Notes under the pieces: model-generated
Seen by the model: the letters and a program-made list of their open reading frames with translations, nothing else
Told to the model about the DNA's origin: nothing
Database searches by the model: none
IMG/VR virus record: IMGVR_UViG_3300044878_000062
Direction: 5' to 3' (one strand)
Source: a virus
Length of the DNA: 64,000 nucleotides
Shown: in pieces, positions 38,037 through 47,303 of the stretch
How positions within the stretch are numbered: the stretch's first letter is position 1
How the letters are laid out: each line of letters begins with the position of its first letter
Made by a program: the position numbers and the translations under genes

Positions 38037-38443
38037 AGCTCGTTAACTACGCCTACGGGTTAGCACTGTTGTGGGCTGCTGTGTGCACCTGGATTAAGCG
38101 AGAGTCGAGCAACATCGGTATCGCTGTAATGATGGTGAGTGTAGTCGCTGCTGCTGGCTACGGTGCAGCGTCGATGCGCGATACCGGTAAGGAACACGAG
38201 ATCGACGCTATGTGGTTGGAATCTCAGTACCTGGGCGAGAAGCGTAAGTTTGCTCGCAACTGTTTGGAGCAAGGTCGTGGCTTTGCACCAAAGGGTGAAC
38301 AGATGAACCCTGAAGTCATCGAGGCGTGTGAGAACATGGCTACGGCTATGTATCCTGACAAAGACTTCTCCAAGGTCGCCATGCTCAACTGGGAACGTCA
38401 GCAACTGGGCGTGGTAATCTACGAATCTGACGAGGATCGCTAA
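38033..38443 (+). CDS. Membrane-anchored hypothetical protein
   Basis: N-terminal hydrophobic helices, ATGA overlap. Confidence 0.65.
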   Translation: MKLVNYAYGLALLWAAVCTWIKRESSNIGIAVMMVSVVAAAGYGAASMRDTGKEHEIDAMWLESQYLGEKRKFARNCLEQGRGFAPKGEQMNPEVIEACENMATAMYPDKDFSKVAMLNWERQQLGVVIYESDEDR

Positions 38444-38444
38444 C

Positions 38445-38687
38445 GTGTCCGATAAATCCGAAAACGAACTGATGGTTCAGCAACAAACTCAACTGGCGAC
38501 TATCGAACTCCAGATCGCTGAACGCCAAGCTGAACTGGCTCGACTGGAAGTGCGTGCTGAAGAAGCTCGCACCGAACGTTCCAACAACCAAGCGATTGTA
38601 GCCACCGTGGGTTTGGTTGCTATCCTCGCTGCTGTGTCGCGTCCTCGTCCTAAGAAACGATCCCTCATGGATCGAATCTTCGGTTGA
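38445..38687 (+). CDS. Small coiled-coil protein with C-terminal hydrophobic segment
   Basis: 80 aa, GAGGA RBS. Confidence 0.65.
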   Translation: MSDKSENELMVQQQTQLATIELQIAERQAELARLEVRAEEARTERSNNQAIVATVGLVAILAAVSRPRPKKRSLMDRIFG

Positions 38688-38689
38688 GT

Positions 38690-38722
38690 GAGAGGGGGGG
38701 TTCGCCCCCTCTTTTTTTTTTC
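38690..38722 (+). terminator. Intrinsic terminator
   Basis: gagaggggggg-gttcg-ccccctct followed by a T run. Confidence 0.8.
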
Positions 38723-38781
38723 TTACATACCGTCGTGATAATGTGTTGGTAACCCGTTTGTGAATGAAAAGGAAAGTTCGA

Positions 38782-39660
38782 ATGATTCTTATTGGTAGTC
38801 CATTCGAGCCTGGTGTTGAGTTTGAAGCTCCGGTGAAACAATTACCCGGTGGCGAATTTCACCCAGGACTTGATTCTACTATTGCTACGTGGAAGTCTGT
38901 GCGACTGACTGCCCACATCGACAATGGCGACGTGATGGAACTGTTGACGGTAACTGACGCGATTCGTCGTCTGCGTCCGAAGATGCCGATTCATCTGGTG
39001 CTTCCGTACCTTCCGTACGCTCGTCAAGACCGTGTCCCGAACCTCGGTGAGTCCCTGACTCTCAAAGTGTTCTGCGACGTGATCAACGGTCAGAACTACG
39101 ATACCGTTTCGGTACTCGATGTCCACAGTGATGTCGGTGTAGCGCTGCTGGATCGTGTTTACCACACAACGCTACCGCAAGTGGTGGCCAAGTGTCTGAA
39201 AGGCCGTGACTGGTCTCGTACCGTCCTCGTGGCTCCTGATGCTGGCGCCATGAAGAAGACCTACGAGCTGGCTAAAGCTGTGGGTTGCCCAAACGTTGTA
39301 CAGGCGTTCAAAACTCGTGACACTGTTACGGGCAAGATCACCGGCACCGAAGTCCACCTGAACTTCAAACCAACCCTCGAACAAGACTGGTTGGTGGTGG
39401 ATGACATCTGTGATGGTGGTTACACCTTCGTTGAACTGGCCAAAGTTTTGCGTGCGAAACTGGATGAACTCAACCTCTCCAATCGTCTGGAGCTGTGGGT
39501 TACTCACGGTATGTTCACCAAGGGTTACGATGAGCTGAAGAAACACTACGGCCGCATCGTTACTACCAACTCCTTCCGTCCGACTGCTTCGTTCAATACT
39601 CGCCCTGATGGCGAAACCGACGCTGCTATCTACTGGTACCCTGTAAAAGGAATTCTGTAA
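38782..39660 (+). CDS. prs: Ribose-phosphate pyrophosphokinase-like enzyme (probable Adps, ADPR-PP synthase of NARP1)
   Basis: PYLPYARQDR, DVHS, VAPDAGA, VVDDICDGGYTF, VTHGMF. Confidence 0.9.
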   Translation: MILIGSPFEPGVEFEAPVKQLPGGEFHPGLDSTIATWKSVRLTAHIDNGDVMELLTVTDAIRRLRPKMPIHLVLPYLPYARQDRVPNLGESLTLKVFCDVINGQNYDTVSVLDVHSDVGVALLDRVYHTTLPQVVAKCLKGRDWSRTVLVAPDAGAMKKTYELAKAVGCPNVVQAFKTRDTVTGKITGTEVHLNFKPTLEQDWLVVDDICDGGYTFVELAKVLRAKLDELNLSNRLELWVTHGMFTKGYDELKKHYGRIVTTNSFRPTASFNTRPDGETDAAIYWYPVKGIL

Positions 39661-41633
39661 TGGAACTGTTTGCCCCTCACGTTGCCGATGGTTACAAAGT
39701 TGGTCACCGTCCAATGTTCCCGTTTGGTTCTCGTCGCACCTACGGTAACTTGACTGCTCGTGCTGACCGTCTGTTCGAGAAGTCGGTGTCGTGTTCGGTC
39801 CTGTGGGATCACAAGGTTGTTTGGTTCGGTATCCAGGGCGTTCTACAAGAGCTGAACGAAATGTGGCAGAAGAGTTTCTTCTCCAAACCCAAGGCTGAAG
39901 TGATCAAGCGTTACGCGCGCCGGATGGACAACTACCTGGGTAAAGGCAAAGTGTCGGTTGACGGCATGGAAGCACTCCACGATCTGGGCTACCTGCCTAT
40001 CGAAGTGCTGGCGCTGCCAGAAGGTTCCCGTGTGAACATGAACGTACCTCTGTACGTGATTGCCAACACTGACGACCGTTTCTTCTGGTTCACCAACTAC
40101 CTCGAAACGTCGATGTCGAACCTGATCTGGAAAATGGTCACGAACGCCACCATCGCTTACGAGTACCGTCGCGTCCTGCAAATGTGGGCTCGTCACACCG
40201 GTGCACCGAAAGAGTTCGTCGACGTTCAAGGTCACGACTTCTCCTACCGTGGTGTGGGCGGTCCTGAAGACGGTTGCCGTTCTTCGGCTGGTCACCTGGT
40301 CGGCTTCTGCGGCACTGACACCATTCCGTCCATCGACTATGTCGAAGACTACTACGGTGCCAACGTTGAACGTGAGTTCGTGGCTTGCTCGCTCCCTGCG
40401 ACTGAACACGCCGTGGCTACTGCCAACATCCTGACCAACCTGCACCGCATGTTGGCGAAGCGTCGTGCTGAAGGTCTGCCAGATCTGACTGCTGCTGAGT
40501 TCGGTGTGGCTCGTCTGAATGCTGAGCGTGATTTCGTCAAGCGCCTGATTACCGAAGTCTACCCAGACGGCGGCATCTCGCTGGTATGTGACTCGTTCAA
40601 CTTCTGGGGTGTGGTGACTGAAGTTATCCCGTCCCTGAAAGAAGAGATCATGGCTCGTCCGCAAGACTCCCTGGGTCTGGCGAAAGTGGTCGTGCGTCCT
40701 GACTCGGGTGATCCTGTTGAGATCATCTGTGGTGTGGAAATCTTCACTGAGTACGAAGCCGAGCAACTGATGGTCGGTCAAGGCACCAAAGGCCTGATCC
40801 CTCGTCTCCCAGTGATCTACTTCCGCGATACCGAAGGTCGTCTGTTCAAGGCGACTGACGTATTGGGTCGTAACCCGAACAAGACCTGGACTGAACTCGA
40901 CAACGAGATCTTGGTCAAGGCTGGCGGTGACGTACTGGCTGCGTTCAAGCAGATGACTGATACCTCGCGTAAGGTCAACCCTGAACGTCTGGCGCGTGAT
41001 GCTCACGACCCGGTTAAGCCGATGATCCGTGGCTTCCTGTACTCGATGGAAATCGAACTGGAAACCGACACCGTGGGTACTTACCGTTGTGGCTACCACA
41101 TCGACGAGCACACCCTGTCGGCAGAAGAGCGCGGTGCTGTGGAATGCCTGTGGGAAACCTTCGGCGGTATCACCAACGAAGCTGGCTATAAAGAGCTGGA
41201 CTCCCACATCGGTCTGATCTACGGCGACAGCATCACCGTACAACGTACCCAGGAAATCATGCGCCGCCTGGCGAAGAAAGGCTTTGCCTCTTCGAACGTC
41301 GTGCTGGGTATTGGTAGTTACACTTACCAGTACAACACCCGTGACACCTTCGGCCAAGCTATCAAGGCTACGGCGATTCTGGTTGACGATGACCAGATCG
41401 ATCTGTACAAAGCCCCGGCTACCGAAGGCGAGACTGCCAAGAAGTCTGCTAAAGGCTTCCTGCGTGTCGAGAAGCAAGGTGGTGACTTCATCCTGGCTCA
41501 AGAGCAAGAGATGTCGTTCGATGACCTCGCTCGTACTTCGGGTGAACTGCGTCGCATCTTCCGCAACGGTGACTTCACTGTCCGTACTACGCTGAATGAA
41601 GTTCGTCAGCTCCTCGGCGGTGCCACCTACTAA
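39660..41633 (+). CDS. nadV: Nicotinamide phosphoribosyltransferase-like enzyme (probable Namat of NARP1)
   Basis: DGYKVGH, HDFSYRG, ATEH, RPDSGDP, GLIYGDSIT, TRDTFG.AIKAT, KKSAKG; TAATG coupling to prs. Confidence 0.93.
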   Translation: MELFAPHVADGYKVGHRPMFPFGSRRTYGNLTARADRLFEKSVSCSVLWDHKVVWFGIQGVLQELNEMWQKSFFSKPKAEVIKRYARRMDNYLGKGKVSVDGMEALHDLGYLPIEVLALPEGSRVNMNVPLYVIANTDDRFFWFTNYLETSMSNLIWKMVTNATIAYEYRRVLQMWARHTGAPKEFVDVQGHDFSYRGVGGPEDGCRSSAGHLVGFCGTDTIPSIDYVEDYYGANVEREFVACSLPATEHAVATANILTNLHRMLAKRRAEGLPDLTAAEFGVARLNAERDFVKRLITEVYPDGGISLVCDSFNFWGVVTEVIPSLKEEIMARPQDSLGLAKVVVRPDSGDPVEIICGVEIFTEYEAEQLMVGQGTKGLIPRLPVIYFRDTEGRLFKATDVLGRNPNKTWTELDNEILVKAGGDVLAAFKQMTDTSRKVNPERLARDAHDPVKPMIRGFLYSMEIELETDTVGTYRCGYHIDEHTLSAEERGAVECLWETFGGITNEAGYKELDSHIGLIYGDSITVQRTQEIMRRLAKKGFASSNVVLGIGSYTYQYNTRDTFGQAIKATAILVDDDQIDLYKAPATEGETAKKSAKGFLRVEKQGGDFILAQEQEMSFDDLARTSGELRRIFRNGDFTVRTTLNEVRQLLGGATY

Positions 41634-41639
41634 GTAACA

Positions 41640-41671
41640 GCATAGAGGAGGGCTTCGGCCCTCCTTTTATG
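41640..41671 (+). terminator. Hairpin GCATA...TATG
   Basis: gcatagaggagggc-ttcg-gccctccttttatgt. Confidence 0.85.
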
Positions 41672-41685
41672 TTGGGAGTTTTCTA

Positions 41686-42279
41686 ATGGCTTTCTCTGAC
41701 GCTTCTGCTGCACTCAACTTCTACGCTGAAAAGCTGGCTGAACTACGTAAGACCGAACTACCTGACTATGTAGTCTGGCAGCTCCCGTACCAGAGCCATA
41801 TCCGCAATACTCAGATCTCTGTACGACAAGTGCGCTTCCGTGGCAAACACCACGTCGATGCGACGGGCTACAACCACTACGGTGACGAAGGCTGTAATAA
41901 CGTAGTGTTCTTCTTCCGTGCTGGTACTGAGTACGACAATGAACGTTGGCACATTACCATCCACGATTGGGACGATCCACAGAAACCGTTGGAATGGTCT
42001 CTGAGCACTCCTTCAGGCTGGCGCTTAGGTTTCCCTCAAGACGTCGAACAACAGATGCGTCATCTGATCGTAGGACTGTTTGACTACGCTGAGGAACACT
42101 GTGGTTACAAACCAGCGATGACCAAGGCTGAGTACGTGGAGTTCTTTGGGGACATCCAAGGTCGTGTAGCTAAGGCTCGTAAAGACAGTGACCGACGTCG
42201 TCAGCAAGAACACCAGAAAGATTGCGACTGTGATTACTGCAACCGAATGATGCGTGTATTTTCTCACAGGGTAGAATGA
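41686..42279 (+). CDS. Hypothetical protein (C-terminal CxCxxC)
   Basis: 197 aa, GGGAG RBS. Confidence 0.7.
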   Translation: MAFSDASAALNFYAEKLAELRKTELPDYVVWQLPYQSHIRNTQISVRQVRFRGKHHVDATGYNHYGDEGCNNVVFFFRAGTEYDNERWHITIHDWDDPQKPLEWSLSTPSGWRLGFPQDVEQQMRHLIVGLFDYAEEHCGYKPAMTKAEYVEFFGDIQGRVAKARKDSDRRRQQEHQKDCDCDYCNRMMRVFSHRVE

Positions 42280-42321
42280 TCCTTTGTAGAACTACACCGT
42301 AACCCTGATAAAGGACGAAAC

Positions 42322-43653
42322 ATGAACGAGCAACAACCTCAGGCCGAAGCTGCACTGGATAACGTGCATCCCGCAGAAGCCGGTCTGGAAATGCCACTCG
42401 ACCCTAACCAAGTCGAACTCGATTCCAAGGAACGCATGGTCCTGGGTTTCTTCCGTGACGTGATCGACGCCGAATTCACCGCTCCAGGCATTCAGTTCTC
42501 CGACCAAGCGGTCGACGAGCTGGCCACCCGTTTCAACAAGATCAAGCACGGCGCTGTACTGGCTCAACGCGGTCGTCTGGAAAAAGATCCACAGTTCCGT
42601 CACCCGATCCCGTACATCCCGATCCACCGTCACAACGAAGAAGGCCAACTGGAACTGTTCGTTTACCAGCGCACCAAGCAGGTCGGCGAAGAGAAACTGT
42701 TCGGCAAGCACTCGCTGGCAGTCGGCGGTCACCCAGAAGCACCGAACATGCGCTTCCACCCGAACTGGTCGATCGACGGTGCTGGTTCGATGATGGCCTG
42801 TCTGGTGTCCGAGCTGGACGAAGAAGTTACCTTCGACGGCGTGAAGTTCAGCGACTTCATCCAGTACAACGTGACCACCTACGGTCATGAAGGCTTCATC
42901 CGTGACGACTCCAACGAAGTCGGCAAGCAACACCTGGGCGTCCTGTTCTCCATCGGCGTTCAGCCTGGTGTAGAAGTTGTGACCATCGAACCTGAACTGG
43001 TTACCGTGGGCTTCATGACGCTGGATCGTATCCTGTCGGCTGACTCCGGTCTGGATCTGGAAAACTGGTCGTACCTACTGGCCAACGCCTACGCTCGTGA
43101 AATCGAAGCGGCGAATGCTCAAGCGGCTGCTGACGCTGACGTGATGGACGCTGCTCTGGCAGAAGCCAATGCGAAGATCGAAGTTGACGCTCTGGCTCAA
43201 CTGGCTCCAGAACCACTGACCGAAGAACGTGCTCTGGCGTTCCTGAACACCAGCGGCTTCAACCTGCTGGAATGGACCCTCGGTGCTGACGAAGCTCTGT
43301 CGGTGCGTGGCGACAACGTCTTCTACGACGGCGTTGGTGAACACCCAACCGAAGGTCGTAAAGAGCTGGTGATCCATCTGGACGACAACGATCCTAACCC
43401 GGTTGCTACCGTGGAAGCGATCAAGGCTGAACTGTTCGCTCAGTGGGGCAAGCAAGCTGAACTCGGTTGCGGCGACATCGGTCGTGGCACTGACATGGAA
43501 ACCAAGTACGTGCCTGAACTGGACGCACAGGTGACCCTGCCTCGTGGTGCCCGTGTTGAGTTCGCTCATCTGGACGAAGCTCCGTTCCTGGCTGAAGCAG
43601 CACCGCAAGACCCAATCGACAGCGCCATGCGTGAAGCACGCGACGTCGAGTAA
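42322..43653 (+). CDS. Nudix/MutT-family phosphoesterase domain fused to an acidic C-terminal region
   Basis: LEKDPQFRHPIPY, FVYQR...GEEKLFGKHSLAVGGH, ELDEEV, D.NEVG..HLG, LENWS. Confidence 0.8.
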   Translation: MNEQQPQAEAALDNVHPAEAGLEMPLDPNQVELDSKERMVLGFFRDVIDAEFTAPGIQFSDQAVDELATRFNKIKHGAVLAQRGRLEKDPQFRHPIPYIPIHRHNEEGQLELFVYQRTKQVGEEKLFGKHSLAVGGHPEAPNMRFHPNWSIDGAGSMMACLVSELDEEVTFDGVKFSDFIQYNVTTYGHEGFIRDDSNEVGKQHLGVLFSIGVQPGVEVVTIEPELVTVGFMTLDRILSADSGLDLENWSYLLANAYAREIEAANAQAAADADVMDAALAEANAKIEVDALAQLAPEPLTEERALAFLNTSGFNLLEWTLGADEALSVRGDNVFYDGVGEHPTEGRKELVIHLDDNDPNPVATVEAIKAELFAQWGKQAELGCGDIGRGTDMETKYVPELDAQVTLPRGARVEFAHLDEAPFLAEAAPQDPIDSAMREARDVE

Positions 43654-43658
43654 GTAGT

Positions 43659-43698
43659 GGCGTGGGAGAGTGCGGGAAACCGTACTCTCTTTATGCCC
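43659..43698 (+). terminator. Hairpin ending in TTTATGCCC
   Basis: ggcgtgggagagtgcgg-gaaa-ccgtactctctttatgccc. Confidence 0.8.
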
Positions 43699-43703
43699 TC
43701 ATT

Positions 43704-43738
43704 TAAAACGATTTCAAGCGTATATCATCTAGTTGAAG
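43704..43738 (+). promoter_or_regulatory. Variant early promoter (TATATCAT core 43721-43728)
   Basis: taaaacgatttcaagcgTATATCATctagttgaa aligns with the consensus. Confidence 0.6.
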
Positions 43739-43772
43739 TTCTGACGTTTAAAATCCTGAGAAGGTTAAACTT

Positions 43773-44189
43773 GTGCTGAAAGTAAAAGCTATTCTGAGCC
43801 CTAATCAACTTCGTTATGGCTTGCAGAACATTGAGGGCTTCCGTCAACTCAGTCCGCTGGGTCCTGCTATCGAACTGACCGATCCTGAGTCTGGACGTAC
43901 ACGGGAAATCACCATCACGTTCATCCGCACCAAAAACACTGGCGTACTGTTGGTATTGATCAACGTGTATTCCCCAGTCCTCAAAGACCAGTACATTGAA
44001 CCTGGTTGCGAGTCTGCGATGTACACGTCGTTCTACAACCACCCGACTGAAATCGACAGTCGTCTGGAAACCTTCATTGATGCCCTACAGGCGTGCTTCA
44101 TCTACGAAGGCTCCAAGGACATCTACGTCCACAAAATTGCAATGATGGATCACATCCTGTCGTCTGACATTGCGCACGTCGTAATCTAA
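43773..44189 (+). CDS. Hypothetical early protein, paralog of the next gene
   Basis: LTDPESG...QACFIYE shared motif. Confidence 0.7.
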   Translation: MLKVKAILSPNQLRYGLQNIEGFRQLSPLGPAIELTDPESGRTREITITFIRTKNTGVLLVLINVYSPVLKDQYIEPGCESAMYTSFYNHPTEIDSRLETFIDALQACFIYEGSKDIYVHKIAMMDHILSSDIAHVVI

Positions 44190-44210
44190 TTAGCCTAAGA
44201 AGGTGTATAA

Positions 44211-44750
44211 ATGAAACAAGCACAACTGATCCCGTCCAAGTTCTATGGTTTGGCTGCTGAGATCGAAGCCACCAATGATAAGACCAGCGAGTTCTCTGGC
44301 TTTCGTCTACAACACGACAAACTCGGTGGGCAACAACTGACTCACCCTGAAACCGGTGTACCGTATCCGATCGCCGTGGTAGTAGGTCGTCGTCCGTCTG
44401 GTTTCCAAGGCGGCCATACCGTGATCCTCTCGCTCACCGTGGTAACCGATCCGGCGGGTAAAGATACTGAGCTGCGTGACGTATCGCCCCACCTGATCTT
44501 CTGTGGGACCTACGAATCCACCTTGGGTCTGATTGAAGGGCTGGATCAGTTTGTGGCTGTGTATCAGGACTGCTTCATTTACGAGGCCGACACTGACGCA
44601 GAAGACGAAGCTGAACTGGCTACCCGTCACTGGCTGGAGAACGATGCCTTCTCTAACGCAATGTTCGCAGCCGTCGGTCTGTACGCAAGTTCCCCGTGGT
44701 ACCTTGGCACCGAAGAACAACCTACCCTCCGCACTCCAGAGAGCGTCTAA
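44211..44750 (+). CDS. Hypothetical protein, paralog of the previous gene
   Basis: LTHPETG...QDCFIYE. Confidence 0.7.
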   Translation: MKQAQLIPSKFYGLAAEIEATNDKTSEFSGFRLQHDKLGGQQLTHPETGVPYPIAVVVGRRPSGFQGGHTVILSLTVVTDPAGKDTELRDVSPHLIFCGTYESTLGLIEGLDQFVAVYQDCFIYEADTDAEDEAELATRHWLENDAFSNAMFAAVGLYASSPWYLGTEEQPTLRTPESV

Positions 44751-44752
44751 AA

Positions 44753-44965
44753 ATGGCTGATAAAAAACGCAAGCTGTCCCTGCAAGAACGTATCCAGTGG
44801 TTTGCTCACAACGTCAAGCATGTGAAGTGGCGTGATGCAATCACCCAGTTCGAGCAAAAGGGTTTCACCTACGACGAAGCTGTTGTAGAAGCCCTGAATG
44901 CCCACAACGTGCCAGTCCACGGCAAAACTATCATTAGCGGCACCGTAGCCGTTAAGACTGTCTAA
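44753..44965 (+). CDS. Small hypothetical protein
   Basis: ATG 44753, 70 aa. Confidence 0.6.
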   Translation: MADKKRKLSLQERIQWFAHNVKHVKWRDAITQFEQKGFTYDEAVVEALNAHNVPVHGKTIISGTVAVKTV

Positions 44966-44975
44966 GGAGACAGAT

Positions 44976-46391
44976 ATGTCCAATCTTTCCAAACGTATGG
45001 CTGAAGCTGCTCGCATGATTACCGAGCACGACGAGAACCCATCCAACTTCTATACTTTCCAGCAACGCAAGACGCTGTTGAGTATGGACTCCGGTAACTA
45101 CATGATCGGTCTGGCTGATCTGAACGACCCGATGCAAGTCGGTGATCTGTTGTGCAGCATGGACAACGCTCGTATCCCTTTCCAGTTCGATCCCAAGACC
45201 TCGGCCAAGCTGATCCGTCTCAAAGACTTCAGCCGTGACTACGACACCACCAACATCTACAAGTCTGCTGTGGGCCTGAAGAAACCTACCGTGGACGACA
45301 ACGTCCGTGAGTTGGTGCTGCGGATCATGGAAGAAGGTGTGGACTCTGAAACCCGCACTGGTATCCGTTCGCGTGCTGTGACTGGTGCGATGTACACCTA
45401 CGACATCTCCCAAGGTCAGGTACCTTCCGTCTCCAGCAAGTTCACCTGGAACGACGGTGTGGTTGGTGAGCTGTGCTGGATGATCTCGGGTGACACCAAC
45501 ATCCGTTTCCTCAAGAAGCTCAAGATCAACATCTGGGACTCCTGGGTCAAGAAGGGTACTGAAGAGTTTGTCGACGGTGAGTTGGTTGCCGGTGAACTCC
45601 CACGTATCTACCAGCATCAGTGGCGTGGTTGGGATCACACCCGTGTCCTCGAGGACAATCTGCAACTCGATGACTACAAAGCGCGTGGCTACGAAGTCGT
45701 TGGGAACATCGGACCACAAATCGTGATCCAACGCAAGATCGACCAACTGGCCAAAGTCATTGACCAACTCAAGAACAATCCTGACGACCGGGGTATTATC
45801 CTGTCGGCCTGGAACGTGGGTGAGCTGGAAGAGATGGCTCTGCGCCCGTGTCACACGCTGTGTCAGTTCATCTCCAAGCCGATGTCGGTTAAGGAGCGTC
45901 TGGAATGGCTGGGTACGTACAAGCCTGCTGGGTTTGAGCATATCTCGTCGGGTATGTTGAAGCTGGCTGCTCTACACGATGACCGTCGTCACGAACACGA
46001 GTTCCAGAACGACGCGAACCTGCGTGAGCTGTTGGAGCAAGCGGGTGTTCCTACTCGCAAGCTGTCCTCTGTGCTCTACATGCGCAGTAACGACATTCCA
46101 CTGGGCCATCCCTTCAACATCGTTCAGTACTCCGTGCTGACCCACATGATCGCACAGGTAACTGGTCAGGCTGCTGACACGTTCACCTACATGGGCGGCG
46201 ACTGCCACATCTACGAAGATCAGTGGCCTGCTGTACTGGAGTGGATGAACAAGCCTGCTGCTGTAGGCTCCAACCCAACCATCCAACTGAACCCGCACAT
46301 CAAAGATCTGTTTGAGTTCGGGGTAGACGATGTCAAGATCGTTGGTTACAAACACAGTGGGAAAGTGAAATTCCCTAAGGCTGCCGTGTGA
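44976..46391 (+). CDS. thyA: Thymidylate synthase (ThyA) with about 105-aa N-terminal extension
   Basis: RTG, EL.WMISG, MALRPCH, YMRSND.PLG.PFN, GDCHIY. Confidence 0.95.
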   Translation: MSNLSKRMAEAARMITEHDENPSNFYTFQQRKTLLSMDSGNYMIGLADLNDPMQVGDLLCSMDNARIPFQFDPKTSAKLIRLKDFSRDYDTTNIYKSAVGLKKPTVDDNVRELVLRIMEEGVDSETRTGIRSRAVTGAMYTYDISQGQVPSVSSKFTWNDGVVGELCWMISGDTNIRFLKKLKINIWDSWVKKGTEEFVDGELVAGELPRIYQHQWRGWDHTRVLEDNLQLDDYKARGYEVVGNIGPQIVIQRKIDQLAKVIDQLKNNPDDRGIILSAWNVGELEEMALRPCHTLCQFISKPMSVKERLEWLGTYKPAGFEHISSGMLKLAALHDDRRHEHEFQNDANLRELLEQAGVPTRKLSSVLYMRSNDIPLGHPFNIVQYSVLTHMIAQVTGQAADTFTYMGGDCHIYEDQWPAVLEWMNKPAAVGSNPTIQLNPHIKDLFEFGVDDVKIVGYKHSGKVKFPKAAV

Positions 46392-46636
46392 GTAACGTCT
46401 TCGATCTGTTTCAAAATACTGGGAACAGGAATAAATTGGGAGTAGGACCACTTCTTGATTACACGCCTCAACACACTGCCGAACTGGTAGCTCAGGTTGA
46501 TGCGATGATCTCGATACAACCTACGTTAACTCCCATGAACGGGGAAGAGTTTCTCCGTTTGGTGCGTCAGAAGCAAAGAGAGCCGGGGCAGGTATTGCTC
46601 GTCGTTGACTCTTACTCACCGATGCACATTTCCTGA
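46388..46636 (+). CDS. Hypothetical protein
   Basis: 82 aa, GTGA overlap, followed by hairpin. Confidence 0.5.
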   Translation: MSNVFDLFQNTGNRNKLGVGPLLDYTPQHTAELVAQVDAMISIQPTLTPMNGEEFLRLVRQKQREPGQVLLVVDSYSPMHIS

Positions 46637-46698
46637 TTGTTAGGGGTTCTTAGGAGCCCCTTTCTTTTTCCCATTCCCCGTATAAGGCTTTTGTTCCA

Positions 46699-47301
46699 AT
46701 GGATAAGACCAAGATCGCTTTGGCCCTCGTGGCGGCTGCTGCACTCACCGGTTGTGAACCTGCTCAACCTTCTGCTGATGAAGAGCGTGCGTACGTGGAT
46801 GACGAGGCTGCAAAGCAAGTCCGTCAAACTCTGGCTTCCGATGAGGAAGATCGTAAGAAAACCCTCGCGGAACTCCAAGCCAAAGACCCGTCTATTAAAG
46901 ACGTGTACTACTCGTACAACGAGAAGGGCGAGAAACAGATCCACATCGTGAAGGAGACAGCGAACGGTCAGAACTCTGACTCGATCTGGCCTCTGGTCGG
47001 TGGTATGGCAACCGGCTTCTTGCTGGCCCAAGCGATCAACGGCATGGGTGGTATGAACAACTACTCCCAGCGTTACAAGCCGTCTGGTTACAGCTCCTAC
47101 GCTGAAGACGAACGTCGTCGTCGCATGAACTCTGTCAGTTCTGCAAACACGACCATGATGATGAACCAAGCTCGTACCTCGGTTCGATCGTCGCCGAACT
47201 ACACCTCTTCAATGTCCAAGACTGTGATGTCCTCACGTTCCTCCGGTGTGATGGCCGGTTCCAGTGCACGTGCAGCGTCTCACGGTTCAGCGAGTAGCTA
47301 A
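46699..47301 (+). CDS. Lipoprotein, YgiB/DUF1190-like architecture
   Basis: Lipobox LTGC; WPLVGGMATGFLL helix; Ser/Arg-rich low-complexity tail; adjacent to a YgiC-like gene. Confidence 0.7.
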   Translation: MDKTKIALALVAAAALTGCEPAQPSADEERAYVDDEAAKQVRQTLASDEEDRKKTLAELQAKDPSIKDVYYSYNEKGEKQIHIVKETANGQNSDSIWPLVGGMATGFLLAQAINGMGGMNNYSQRYKPSGYSSYAEDERRRRMNSVSSANTTMMMNQARTSVRSSPNYTSSMSKTVMSSRSSGVMAGSSARAASHGSASS

Positions 47302-47303
47302 GT

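Noticed and set aside
40735..41130. Insertion in the NAMPT-like protein as an intein or intron
   Set aside because: No Cys/Ser...His-Asn splice motifs or endonuclease motifs and the frame is continuous; variable inserts at this point are, from memory, usual in phage homologs
44976..46391. ThyA as a base-modifying dCMP/dUMP hydroxymethylase
   Set aside because: Asn in PFN and the other motifs are canonical ThyA; no modification genes nearby
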